Of a stretch of 64,000 bases of DNA, positions 10,383 to 18,935 are shown one piece after another (the stretch's first letter is position 1; every line of letters starts with the position of its first letter). Origin of the DNA: Candidatus Latescibacterota bacterium (GTDB lineage: Bacteria; Latescibacterota; UBA2968). The notes below the pieces were generated by a model. The model was not told where the DNA came from. It made no database searches and was given only the letters and a program-made list of their open reading frames with translations. The position numbers were made by a program, and so were the translations under genes. Location of the stretch: positions 13,728 to 77,727 of the forward strand of contig JAYODI010000005.1 in NCBI GenBank assembly GCA_038279365.1, given 5' to 3'.

Positions 10383-10399
10383 GTTTTAGACCAACAATC

Positions 10400-10432
10400 A
10401 AAAAGGGATCGCATCTGCGATCCCTTTTTTTT
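10400..10432. terminator. Bidirectional terminator between ilvD and cinA
   Basis: AAAAAGGGATCGCA-TC-TGCGATCCCTTTTTT. Confidence 0.85.
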
Positions 10433-11651
10433 ATTTCCAATCGGCAGGCGATTCCATATCGCCCAGCACACACCTTCGCACCCAATCCAATCCCTGAATC
10501 ACCAACCACCGCCTGATGTGATCATTGTCTTGAAACCGTCGGCTCTCCACACACAAGCGCATTTCATCTGGCCCGTGAATCGCCATAAATGTGGCATCAT
10601 TTTCAAACGGCCCAATCATGGCAAAACCAATGCCCCCATCGGGTGCCACACGTTCAGCCACCGCTTTGACCAACACCTGCGCATCATCCGTTGCCATATC
10701 CAAGCCCACCGTTTCAAGTACTTCTTTTAAATCCGAAGGGTGTATGTCCGCCGTCACCACATCACCACATCCATTTTCTTGCATTTCACGCACCAACTGT
10801 CCATCTGTCAACGTATCCACCACCCCCAAAGTCAAACCCCGATCTTTAAGCAAGCCACCCACCACACCCGCAACCGTCTCCTTGTTCACGCCATAAATCG
10901 CCACGCCCAATCGCTTGCGCAACTCCGTCTCCATAGGTGCAATTAACGCATCAGCTTCTTCATCTGTATCCGCTTTTGCGGTAATACGCACATCCGTTTG
11001 GCCCGCATGTGCTGCCAAACCAACCGTGGGATTCGACGCGGTCATCAAATCGCCAATAGACCGATCAATATTGCTCTCTCCCACCGCACACGTGCGCAAC
11101 ACACGCACCTTCATCACCTTGCGCCCACCCATGCGATCAATTAAAATGGGCACCACCACATTGTGCAACATGTGTTCAAGCTCCCTGGGCACCCCAGGTA
11201 AAGAAATCACAAACCCACGTCCATTTACGTCTTCACTCAAAAAACAAGGAGCTGTGCCTACTGGGTTTTCCAAAGGGATCGCCCCATCGGGAATATAGGC
11301 CTGGCGTTTGTTGTTATCGGCCATCGGGCGACCAAAATTTCGAAACCGTGCGGCAATTTGCGCTTCCAATTCATCACTATAAACCAACTTACGCCCCGTT
11401 GCCTCTGCAACCGCTTGACGCGTCATATCATCAACCGTTGGCCCAATGCCACCCGATGTAATCACCACATCCGATCTGTCCAATGCCAAATTTAAAACCT
11501 CAACCATTCGCTTTTCATTATCGCCCACGGTTGTTTTATACAACAAATCCATACCAATATCGCGCAATGCTTTTGCAAACAAATTGGCATTGGTATCTAC
11601 TATTTCACCTAACAACAATTCGGTACCAATCATCACAATCTCAGCCTGCAT
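10431..11651 (-). CDS. cinA: CinA-like protein with a degenerate C-terminal PncC domain
   Basis: IGTELLLGEIVDTN, VGDN, SGGIGPTVDDMT, NPVGTAP, LPGVPRE. Confidence 0.88.
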   Translation of the reverse strand: MQAEIVMIGTELLLGEIVDTNANLFAKALRDIGMDLLYKTTVGDNEKRMVEVLNLALDRSDVVITSGGIGPTVDDMTRQAVAEATGRKLVYSDELEAQIAARFRNFGRPMADNNKRQAYIPDGAIPLENPVGTAPCFLSEDVNGRGFVISLPGVPRELEHMLHNVVVPILIDRMGGRKVMKVRVLRTCAVGESNIDRSIGDLMTASNPTVGLAAHAGQTDVRITAKADTDEEADALIAPMETELRKRLGVAIYGVNKETVAGVVGGLLKDRGLTLGVVDTLTDGQLVREMQENGCGDVVTADIHPSDLKEVLETVGLDMATDDAQVLVKAVAERVAPDGGIGFAMIGPFENDATFMAIHGPDEMRLCVESRRFQDNDHIRRWLVIQGLDWVRRCVLGDMESPADWK

Positions 11652-11823
11652 AATGATCTCCTCTACCCATTTTTAAAAATTTCGTTAAACTTAGTTGGAA
11701 CACAAAAGCAATATCGAAGGTCTCACAAAGGTAAGTGAAAAAGTAAGAAAAAGAAACACACCAATTCTCAGCATTTCTTTTATCAAAAAATCGCATCACA
11801 TCATTCAATCACCATAGGCACAC

Positions 11824-12555
11824 ATGACCCAATCAAACACCGCACTCGCCGTTCAAAATCTCACCCGCACCTACACCAGTGGGGGCAATCCCCTCACCGT
11901 GCTCAACAATGTCTCCTTTGACATTCCAACCGGGCAAACATGCGCCATCGTAGGCCCATCGGGCAGTGGCAAAACAACCCTCTTAGGATTATGTGCAGGT
12001 TTGGACCGCCCCACATCGGGCACCGTCACACTCAATGGCATAGGCATTGACACCCTCGACGAAGACAAACGCGCTGCTGTACGCAACCAACAGGTCGGTT
12101 TCATCTTTCAAAGTTTTCAACTCATCCCCACTCTCACCGCTGTAGAAAATGTCACCGTCCCCCTTGAATTGCGCGGAGAATCAGACGTTGCAGATCGTGC
12201 CACAGACTTGTTAACACGCGTGGGCCTTAAAGACCGTCTCGACCATTATCCCACACAACTATCTGGTGGCGAACAACAACGTGTTGCCATTGCTCGAGCC
12301 TTCATCAACCAACCCCACATCCTCTTTGCCGATGAACCCACAGGCAACCTCGATGCCGACACCAGCCAAACCATTGTCGATCTGCTCTTTGACCTCAATC
12401 GCGAATTAGACACCACACTCATCTTGGTCACCCACGACCTCGACTTGGCCAGTCTCACCCAACGCACCATTCGCTTGCGCGGTGGCGAAGTGATCTCAGA
12501 CGAAGAAAATAAAACCATTAAAAACGGTCTCAAGTCGCAGGTCTGCAAGTCGTAG
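11824..12555 (+). CDS. ABC transporter ATP-binding protein (YbbA-like)
   Basis: GPSGSGKT, LSGGEQQRVA, FADEPTGNLD, VTHD. Confidence 0.93.
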   Translation: MTQSNTALAVQNLTRTYTSGGNPLTVLNNVSFDIPTGQTCAIVGPSGSGKTTLLGLCAGLDRPTSGTVTLNGIGIDTLDEDKRAAVRNQQVGFIFQSFQLIPTLTAVENVTVPLELRGESDVADRATDLLTRVGLKDRLDHYPTQLSGGEQQRVAIARAFINQPHILFADEPTGNLDADTSQTIVDLLFDLNRELDTTLILVTHDLDLASLTQRTIRLRGGEVISDEENKTIKNGLKSQVCKS

Positions 12556-12612
12556 GTGAAGAACCAAGACTTATGATTTGCAACGCATGCGTTTCAAACC
12601 GTGACCTGCAAC
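12526..12612. repeat. Degenerate inverted heptamer arrays (CAAGTCG/CAGGTC ... GACCTG)
   Basis: caagtcgcaggtctgcaagtcgtaggt ... gtgacctgcaac; same motif as 49605-49679. Confidence 0.55.
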
Positions 12613-12653
12613 GGTCTTTTCAAACAAATTTATTTAATTGATACCTGGATCAC

Positions 12654-15206
12654 ATGATCAAATCCAAACCCCATACATTTGCACTGTTCTCTGCTTGGCC
12701 TTATAAAATGGCCTGGCGAGACAGTCGCACCTATCGCCGCCGAATGGCCCTCTTTCTCTCGTGCATTCTCTTAGGCGTAGCTGCACTGGTGGCCGTGCGC
12801 TCTCTTGGAGACAATTTAGAACAAACCATCAATGACCAATCACGCACCTTATTGGGTGCCGACTTGGTCATGACCAGCCAACGTGCGCTCACCGAAGAAG
12901 TTCGTTCTCTCATAGATACCATTGGCGGTAAACAATCTCACGAAGTGCGTTTTGCCTCTATGGTATACTTTCCCAAAACCGATGGCACACGTTTGGTGCA
13001 AATACGCGCGCTTGAAGGGCAATTTCCTTATTACGGTACCTTTGAAACCGACCCACCCCGAGCCGCTACCACCTATCAAAACACACGCACCGCACTGCTC
13101 GATGATGGGTTACTGATTCAATTTGGCATCGAAGTAGGCGACTCTGTACGCATTGGCAATCACACCTTTGTTATTGGTGGGCGCATCAAAAAAATTCCTG
13201 GCGAAGCCATGGCATTTTCCACTGTTGCTCCACGAGTTTATATTCCGCTATCCGATTTGGAAAATACGGGGCTCATCAAATTTGGCAGCCTGGCCAGTTA
13301 CATCACCTACTTCAAATTAGACAAAAACACCAACATACTCGACATTGAAAAACGCATCAATCCATATAGGGAAGAAAACCGATTACGCACAGAAACGGTA
13401 TCCAGCCGTCAAAGACGCTTAAATCGCACCCTTGGCAACCTCTATAACTTTCTCAGCCTGGTTGCATTTTCAGCCCTCTTACTTGGTTGCATTGGTGTGG
13501 CCAGTGCCATACACGTTTATATGCGCCAAAAACAAACCACAGTTGCCATCTTGCGTTGCTTGGGCGCACAATCTGATCAAGTGCTCACCATCTATGCCAT
13601 ACAAACTGCGGCGCTCGGGTTTATTGGTGCCTTTTTGGGGGCGTGTCTGGGTTTGGGCATCCAATACCTGTTGCCACAAATTTTAGCCAACTTCCTCCCC
13701 ATGGAACTCCATGTAGAAATCTCTTGGCCCGCCATTTTCCAAGGCATGAGCATTGGTATCGGGCTGTCATTGCTCTTTGCCTTATTGCCACTTTTGCCAG
13801 TACGTCACACTTCGCCCTTGCGCACCTTACGCGCCTCATTTGAAGAAGTGCGCAACCGCATCGACCCATTGCAAGCCCTTGTTTTTGGCCTCATTGTCAT
13901 CTCGATAGCCATTTTAAGCATCTTGCAAACCAACCGCATCAGTATGGGTTTGGGCATCACCGCAGGGTTCTTTGTTGCATTTGCATTGCTTTTAGGAGCC
14001 GCCAACCTCATCATCAAAATGGTCAAACGCTTCTTTCCCACCTCGTGGCAATATGTTTGGCGACAAGGTTTGGCCAACTTATATCGCCCCAATAATCAAA
14101 CAGCCATTCTCATGCTCTCATTGGGCTTAGGCACCTTTCTTATTGCCACCCTTTACATTGTCCAATTTGCCCTTGTCAACCAAGTCTCATTGGCAGGCAG
14201 CAACAACCGCCCCAACTTGGTTTTGGTTGATGTGCAAACAGACCAGCAAGAAGGTGTCAGTCGCATCATCCAAAAACACAACCTCCCCCTCATTCACCAA
14301 GCGCCAGTAGTCACCATGCGCTTATCACACGTTAAAGGCTACCCCACCGATGTCTACCGCGAAAAATTTGACATCTCACGCTGGTCACTCTTTCGCGAAT
14401 ACCGCTCTACCTATCGCAACACCATCTACGACTCTGAAAGCATCATTGCAGGCACCTGGCACAACAACACTTATAACGGCAAAGAACCTGTGCCCATTTC
14501 GCTTGAAGAAGGCATTGCCCAAAACCTCAGCGTTACATTGGGCGACACCCTCACCTTCAACGTACAAGGCATTCCCATTGTCACCACCGTTCAAAGCCTG
14601 CGCGAAGTCGATTGGCAACGCATTCAACCCAACTTCTTTGTCGTCTTTCCCAATGGCGTACTCGAACCCGCACCGCAATTTCACATCTACACCACACGGG
14701 TCGCCTCAACGGAGCAATCGGCTCAACTCCAACGCGAACTTGTCAAAACCTATCCCAACGTCTCGGCCGTTGACCTGGGCCTCATTTTACAAACCGTAGA
14801 CGATGTGCTCTCACAAGTCAGCTTCGTCATTCGGTTTATGGCCCTCTTTAGCGTTTTCACGGGCCTCATAGTACTGGCTTCTGCCGTCACCACAAGCCGT
14901 TACCAACGCGTTCAAGAAGCCGTACTCTTGCGCACCCTCGGCGCATCCAAACGCCAAATTCGTCGCATCTTACTGCTCGAGTACCTTTTCCTCGGAACAT
15001 TTGCAGCCCTCACAGGACTGCTCCTCGCCATAGGCGGTGCGTGGGCTTTGTCCTTCTTTGTCTTCGACATCGGTTTTGCACTTCCCAACACAGCCATCTT
15101 TGGCGTACTTACGCTCGTCACCCTCCTCACCGTATGCGTGGGCATGCTCAACAGCCGTGGCATTGCCGACCGACCGCCCCTCGAAATCTTGCGCGCCGAA
15201 GGATAA
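12654..15206 (+). CDS. FtsX-like ABC permease (YbbP-like)
   Basis: Two MacB/FtsX repeats; LLGADL, YYG, AILRCLGA, LLRTLGAS motifs; follows the ATPase. True start may be 12708. Confidence 0.9.
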   Translation: MIKSKPHTFALFSAWPYKMAWRDSRTYRRRMALFLSCILLGVAALVAVRSLGDNLEQTINDQSRTLLGADLVMTSQRALTEEVRSLIDTIGGKQSHEVRFASMVYFPKTDGTRLVQIRALEGQFPYYGTFETDPPRAATTYQNTRTALLDDGLLIQFGIEVGDSVRIGNHTFVIGGRIKKIPGEAMAFSTVAPRVYIPLSDLENTGLIKFGSLASYITYFKLDKNTNILDIEKRINPYREENRLRTETVSSRQRRLNRTLGNLYNFLSLVAFSALLLGCIGVASAIHVYMRQKQTTVAILRCLGAQSDQVLTIYAIQTAALGFIGAFLGACLGLGIQYLLPQILANFLPMELHVEISWPAIFQGMSIGIGLSLLFALLPLLPVRHTSPLRTLRASFEEVRNRIDPLQALVFGLIVISIAILSILQTNRISMGLGITAGFFVAFALLLGAANLIIKMVKRFFPTSWQYVWRQGLANLYRPNNQTAILMLSLGLGTFLIATLYIVQFALVNQVSLAGSNNRPNLVLVDVQTDQQEGVSRIIQKHNLPLIHQAPVVTMRLSHVKGYPTDVYREKFDISRWSLFREYRSTYRNTIYDSESIIAGTWHNNTYNGKEPVPISLEEGIAQNLSVTLGDTLTFNVQGIPIVTTVQSLREVDWQRIQPNFFVVFPNGVLEPAPQFHIYTTRVASTEQSAQLQRELVKTYPNVSAVDLGLILQTVDDVLSQVSFVIRFMALFSVFTGLIVLASAVTTSRYQRVQEAVLLRTLGASKRQIRRILLLEYLFLGTFAALTGLLLAIGGAWALSFFVFDIGFALPNTAIFGVLTLVTLLTVCVGMLNSRGIADRPPLEILRAEG

Positions 15207-15323
15207 ATCGCCAACATACCCTCAGATCACCCACATTGACTTTCCCTATGCAATGCTTATTTTATCCCAGATTAAAAAATGAGCACCGTGCAAACATCAT
15301 TTATATCCTATCAGGAGGGTATT

Positions 15324-16706
15324 ATGGCCACATCTGTACGCATCAGTGTCATTGGAGCAGGAAGTGCTACATTTTCTTTGGGCTTGGTAAAAGACTTGTG
15401 CCTCACAGAAAACCTCAAAGGCAGTGAAGTGTCGTTTATGGACATTGATGCCGATCGATTAAACGCCGTCACCAAAATGGCGACCCGATACACAAAAGAA
15501 GTCGGTAGCGATCTTCGTTTTGAACAAACAACCAACCGAGAAGAATCATTAAAAGACGCCGACTTTGTCATCAATACCGCAGCCATACAAAGCCATTATC
15601 ATCAGCGCGACATGCGCGACATTGTTTCCAAACACGGTTATTATTATCGCGGTGTAGGCGGAGGCAGTTTTTACCAATTCAGATTCATGCTCGACGTGTC
15701 ACACGACATGGAAAAAATTTGCCCCAACGCGTGGCTGATCCAATCGGGCAACCCCGTTTTTGACGGCTGCACGCTGATGACCCGCGAAACCACCACAAAA
15801 ATTATTGGCCTGTGCCATGGCCACTACGGCTACCTACACATTGCCAAAGAATTGGGATTGGATCCTGCCCACATCGATTTTCAAGCACCGGGTGTCAACC
15901 ATTGCATTTGGATGACCCATTTCCTCTACGATGGTGAAGATGCTTACCCCCTCTTAGAAGATTGGATCCAAAACAAAGGAGAGGCATATTGGCAATCACA
16001 CATTGCTCAAGGCACGCACGACATTCAAATGTCACGCGGTGCAATCCATCAATATCGCATGTATGGCCTCATGCCCATTGGCGACTCACCCCGCAGTGGT
16101 GGGTGGTGGTATCACAGCGACATCGAAACCAAAAAATGGTGGTTTGGACAACCTTGGGGTGGCCCAGACACCCATTTGGCCAGACCCTTACATGTCAAGA
16201 AGCTGGAAGAACGCATGGCACAAATCCAAGCCGCCATTGACGACCCCAATGCCAGCATGACAGACGTTTTTGGCAAAGAAAAAACACGCGAACAACAAGT
16301 GCCCATCATCGATGCGCTCACAAACAACGTCGAAGGCCATTTTCAAGTCAACGTTCCCAACAACGGTGCTTTAGAAGGTGTGGCAAATGACGTGGTTGTA
16401 GAAGTGCCCGCAATTATTAATAAAAAAGGCGTGCAGCCCTTACACGTTGGCACACTCCCCAAAAAGATCATGCTCGAACAACTCTGGCCCACCATTTTAA
16501 AAATGGAACACGGTATCGAAGCCTTCAAATCAGGCGACAAAAGCATGCTCCTTTACAGTGCCCTAGAAAATCATCAAACACGGTCTTACAAACAAGCTGT
16601 CATGGCCTTAGAAGATGTCTTGTCGCAACCCGGCAACAAAGAATTGGCCGAGCATTATTCTTATCCTTGGCCAGAAGGTCACGAATCGGTTTATCTCCAA
16701 GAGTAA
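15324..16706 (+). CDS. Family 4 glycoside hydrolase (NAD/Mn-dependent alpha-glycosidase)
   Basis: IGAGSATF, QSGNPV, GLCHGH, GVNHCIW, VVEVPA; AGGAGG SD before ATG 15324. Confidence 0.92.
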   Translation: MATSVRISVIGAGSATFSLGLVKDLCLTENLKGSEVSFMDIDADRLNAVTKMATRYTKEVGSDLRFEQTTNREESLKDADFVINTAAIQSHYHQRDMRDIVSKHGYYYRGVGGGSFYQFRFMLDVSHDMEKICPNAWLIQSGNPVFDGCTLMTRETTTKIIGLCHGHYGYLHIAKELGLDPAHIDFQAPGVNHCIWMTHFLYDGEDAYPLLEDWIQNKGEAYWQSHIAQGTHDIQMSRGAIHQYRMYGLMPIGDSPRSGGWWYHSDIETKKWWFGQPWGGPDTHLARPLHVKKLEERMAQIQAAIDDPNASMTDVFGKEKTREQQVPIIDALTNNVEGHFQVNVPNNGALEGVANDVVVEVPAIINKKGVQPLHVGTLPKKIMLEQLWPTILKMEHGIEAFKSGDKSMLLYSALENHQTRSYKQAVMALEDVLSQPGNKELAEHYSYPWPEGHESVYLQE

Positions 16707-16710
16707 ACAC

Positions 16711-16750
16711 AAAAACCGCCCCGTTGAAGCGCTTCAACGGGGCGGTTTCT
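16711..16750. terminator. Bidirectional terminator (36-bp perfect palindrome)
   Basis: AAACCGCCCCGTTGAAGC|GCTTCAACGGGGCGGTTT between convergent genes. Confidence 0.85.
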
Positions 16751-16770
16751 CATTTATGGTATTTTCGATA

Positions 16771-17418
16771 TCAAAACGATTTTAAAACCGGCTCCAAAAC
16801 CTGCCACACATTCTCTGCCACAATCCGATGTCCCTCTTGTGTGGGATGAATACGATCTGGCAAATTTAACTCTGCATTGCCCGCCACACCCGCCAATAAA
16901 AACGGAATCAACGCCGCATCATTCTCTTTGGCCAAATCCTGAAATATCGCACGAAACCCATCGGTATATGCGTCACCCAAATTGGGCGGTGCTTCCATAC
17001 CCGCAATCACAATCTTCACATCCTTATACTTCGCTCTCGTCTGATCAACAATCCCTTGCAAACTCTTACGTGTCACCTCAAGCGGCACCCCGCGCAACGC
17101 ATCATTCGCCCCCAACGCCAAAACCAAAACATCCACTTCTCGCCGCAACAACCACCCCACACGCCGCAACCCACCCGAAGACGTTTCACCACTCAACCCA
17201 GCATTCACCACCTCAAACGGCATCCCCAACGAATCAATCTTAGCCTGCACAACCGTCGGAAACGCCCGCTCTTCATCCAAACCATACCCCGCCGTCAAAC
17301 TGTCACCCAAAAACAAAACCGTTCGCTTCTCTTCTTTTTCCTGAGCGCCCACAGTAATGCCCAAACAGATCACCATTGTCATAACATATCCAACAAGCAC
17401 ACCAAACCACCAAACCAT
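16771..17418 (-). CDS. GDSL/SGNH arylesterase (TesA-like), exported
   Basis: FLGDSLTAGYG, NAGLSGETS, LGANDALRG, DRIHP; N-terminal signal or anchor. Confidence 0.92.
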   Translation of the reverse strand: MVWWFGVLVGYVMTMVICLGITVGAQEKEEKRTVLFLGDSLTAGYGLDEERAFPTVVQAKIDSLGMPFEVVNAGLSGETSSGGLRRVGWLLRREVDVLVLALGANDALRGVPLEVTRKSLQGIVDQTRAKYKDVKIVIAGMEAPPNLGDAYTDGFRAIFQDLAKENDAALIPFLLAGVAGNAELNLPDRIHPTQEGHRIVAENVWQVLEPVLKSF

Positions 17419-17584
17419 AACCAATCCCCCTCACCCCAAGCGATCAGATTTTCCGCACCATTCCGTCCAGCAACTCATTTCATAAAACAATGAAGCAAAC
17501 AGGCCACTTGATCTCTTGTACCCACCAAGGGTATTTACGGAAAATCAGCCTCCCCGGCACCTGAGGGGCGGCATTTTTTGCTTA

Positions 17585-17677
17585 GGCAGAATAAATTCTG
17601 CCCCTAACGATACATGAACCTATCAATACAATAGTCTTAGGGGCGTAGTTTACTGCGCCTTGGTCGCCGAAGGCAAC
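17585..17677. repeat. REP-like palindrome doublet plus GAA-loop hairpin
   Basis: TTAGGGGCAGAAT-TT-ATTCTGCC on the - strand (17585-17607), TTAGGGGCGTAGT-TT-ACTGCGCC on the + strand (17637-17659), then GTCGCC-GAA-GGCAAC. Confidence 0.55.
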
Positions 17678-17820
17678 GAAACAATTAAAAATAACCAAAA
17701 GTAGAAAATATCTACCCGAACCTATCCAAATATACTCAAATCTCAAAACCAGACAATTGCGCCTCTAACCTCCTATAAACTTCGCCATTTCTTTTTCTGA
17801 TCTACATCCCTAAAATCCCC

Positions 17821-17849
17821 TTGTATTTCCTCTGAGAATTCATTATTCT
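17821..17849 (+). promoter_or_regulatory. Sigma70-type promoter of the small gene at 17921
   Basis: TTGTAT-N17-TATTCT. Confidence 0.55.
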
Positions 17850-17856
17850 TTCTTTT

Positions 17857-17920
17857 GTCAAGGACTGACACCCCGAGCCAAGGACGGGAAAGTCGAAGCG
17901 CCCAACCTCGGAGGTGAGTG
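17857..17920 (+). promoter_or_regulatory. Structured 5' leader with AGGA-loop hairpins and an SD-sequestering stem
   Basis: GTCA-AGGAC-TGAC hairpin; CC-AAGGAC-GG; CACCCCGAG (17869-77) pairs with CTCGG(A)GGTG (17907-16). Confidence 0.5.
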
Positions 17921-18130
17921 ATGCTACCGGTCAACTCTATCGACTTAAGCCCCCAGCCCCTGCTTCGCAATGTCGCGGCCCCACAAGGCCCCATGCCCCC
18001 AGCCAGTGTGGCTCGCGGGGGGGCAGAAGACAATCGCATTGCAGGTGCAAGCTTGCTGACACAAACATTTCAGCAAGTCAACACATCAAGAGTCAACGGT
18101 GTGGGTGGCAAAGTAGATCTGCTTGGATAA
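17921..18130 (+). CDS. Small hypothetical protein with a YjfB-like C-terminal motif
   Basis: Strong SD GGAGGTGA, own promoter and terminator; ends GVGGKVDLLG. Confidence 0.7.
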   Translation: MLPVNSIDLSPQPLLRNVAAPQGPMPPASVARGGAEDNRIAGASLLTQTFQQVNTSRVNGVGGKVDLLG

Positions 18131-18142
18131 ATTGACCCAATT

Positions 18143-18186
18143 ATAGAAAAGCCGGAACAGCAACTCTGTTCCGGCTTTCTATTTTT
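18143..18186. terminator. Intrinsic terminator
   Basis: AGAAAAGCCGGAACAG-CAACT-CTGTTCCGGCTTTCTATTTTT. Confidence 0.85.
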
Positions 18187-18219
18187 ACCCCAATCACCCC
18201 ATCAAACGGTTATTGCCTT

Positions 18220-18888
18220 ATGCCCCAAAATGCATTCAACCCTCTCCATTTCACAACATATCCAGAATCCGAAATGCAAACCCGTGCTGATACATTTTAT
18301 CGCCTCATGCAAAAGCGACGCACCGTTCGTCACTTTTCAGATCGCCCCGTTCCCCAATCACTCATCACCACCTGCATACAAACCGCTGGCACAGCTCCCA
18401 GTGGCGCAAACAAACAACCCTGGCACTTTGTGGCCATTTCAGATAGCACCATCAAAAAACAAATCAAAGAAGCTGCCGAAAAAGAAGAACACGAATTTTA
18501 TACACACCGCGCCCCCCAACGTTGGTTAAACGATCTCGCCCCTTTTGGCACGGATGCCAACAAACCCTTTCTCGAAACAGCCCCTTGGCTCATTGCCATC
18601 TTTGCCCAACGCTTTGCCCAAACCACCGACGGAGATCGCGATCAAAATTACTATGTCACCGAATCCGTCGGCATCGCAACAGGCCTTCTCATCACCGCCC
18701 TACACAACGCAGGCCTCGCCACGCTCACCCACACACCCAGCCCCATGAAATTCCTCAACGACATACTCAACCGCCCCGACAACGAACGGCCGTTTCTCCT
18801 TCTTGTTGCAGGCTATCCAACCCCAGATGCACAAATACCAAACATTCAACGTAAATCATCTGGTGAGATTGCAACATTTCTCACTTAA
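18220..18888 (+). CDS. Nitroreductase superfamily, iodotyrosine deiodinase-like
   Basis: [48 protein letters not shown]. Confidence 0.85.
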   Translation: MPQNAFNPLHFTTYPESEMQTRADTFYRLMQKRRTVRHFSDRPVPQSLITTCIQTAGTAPSGANKQPWHFVAISDSTIKKQIKEAAEKEEHEFYTHRAPQRWLNDLAPFGTDANKPFLETAPWLIAIFAQRFAQTTDGDRDQNYYVTESVGIATGLLITALHNAGLATLTHTPSPMKFLNDILNRPDNERPFLLLVAGYPTPDAQIPNIQRKSSGEIATFLT

Positions 18889-18935
18889 ACACCATATCGT
18901 ATGTAATCCACCACTCTCAAAACACATTGGTCTGA

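Noticed and set aside
16713-16748. Perfect 36-bp palindrome as a mobile-element end or operator
   Set aside because: It lies between convergent stops with A/T tails and is adequately explained as a bidirectional terminator.
17857-17920. c-di-GMP-I or other known riboswitch
   Set aside because: Lacks the GGCAAAC/GAAA P2 and GCAAAGC elements; kept only as an unclassified structured leader.
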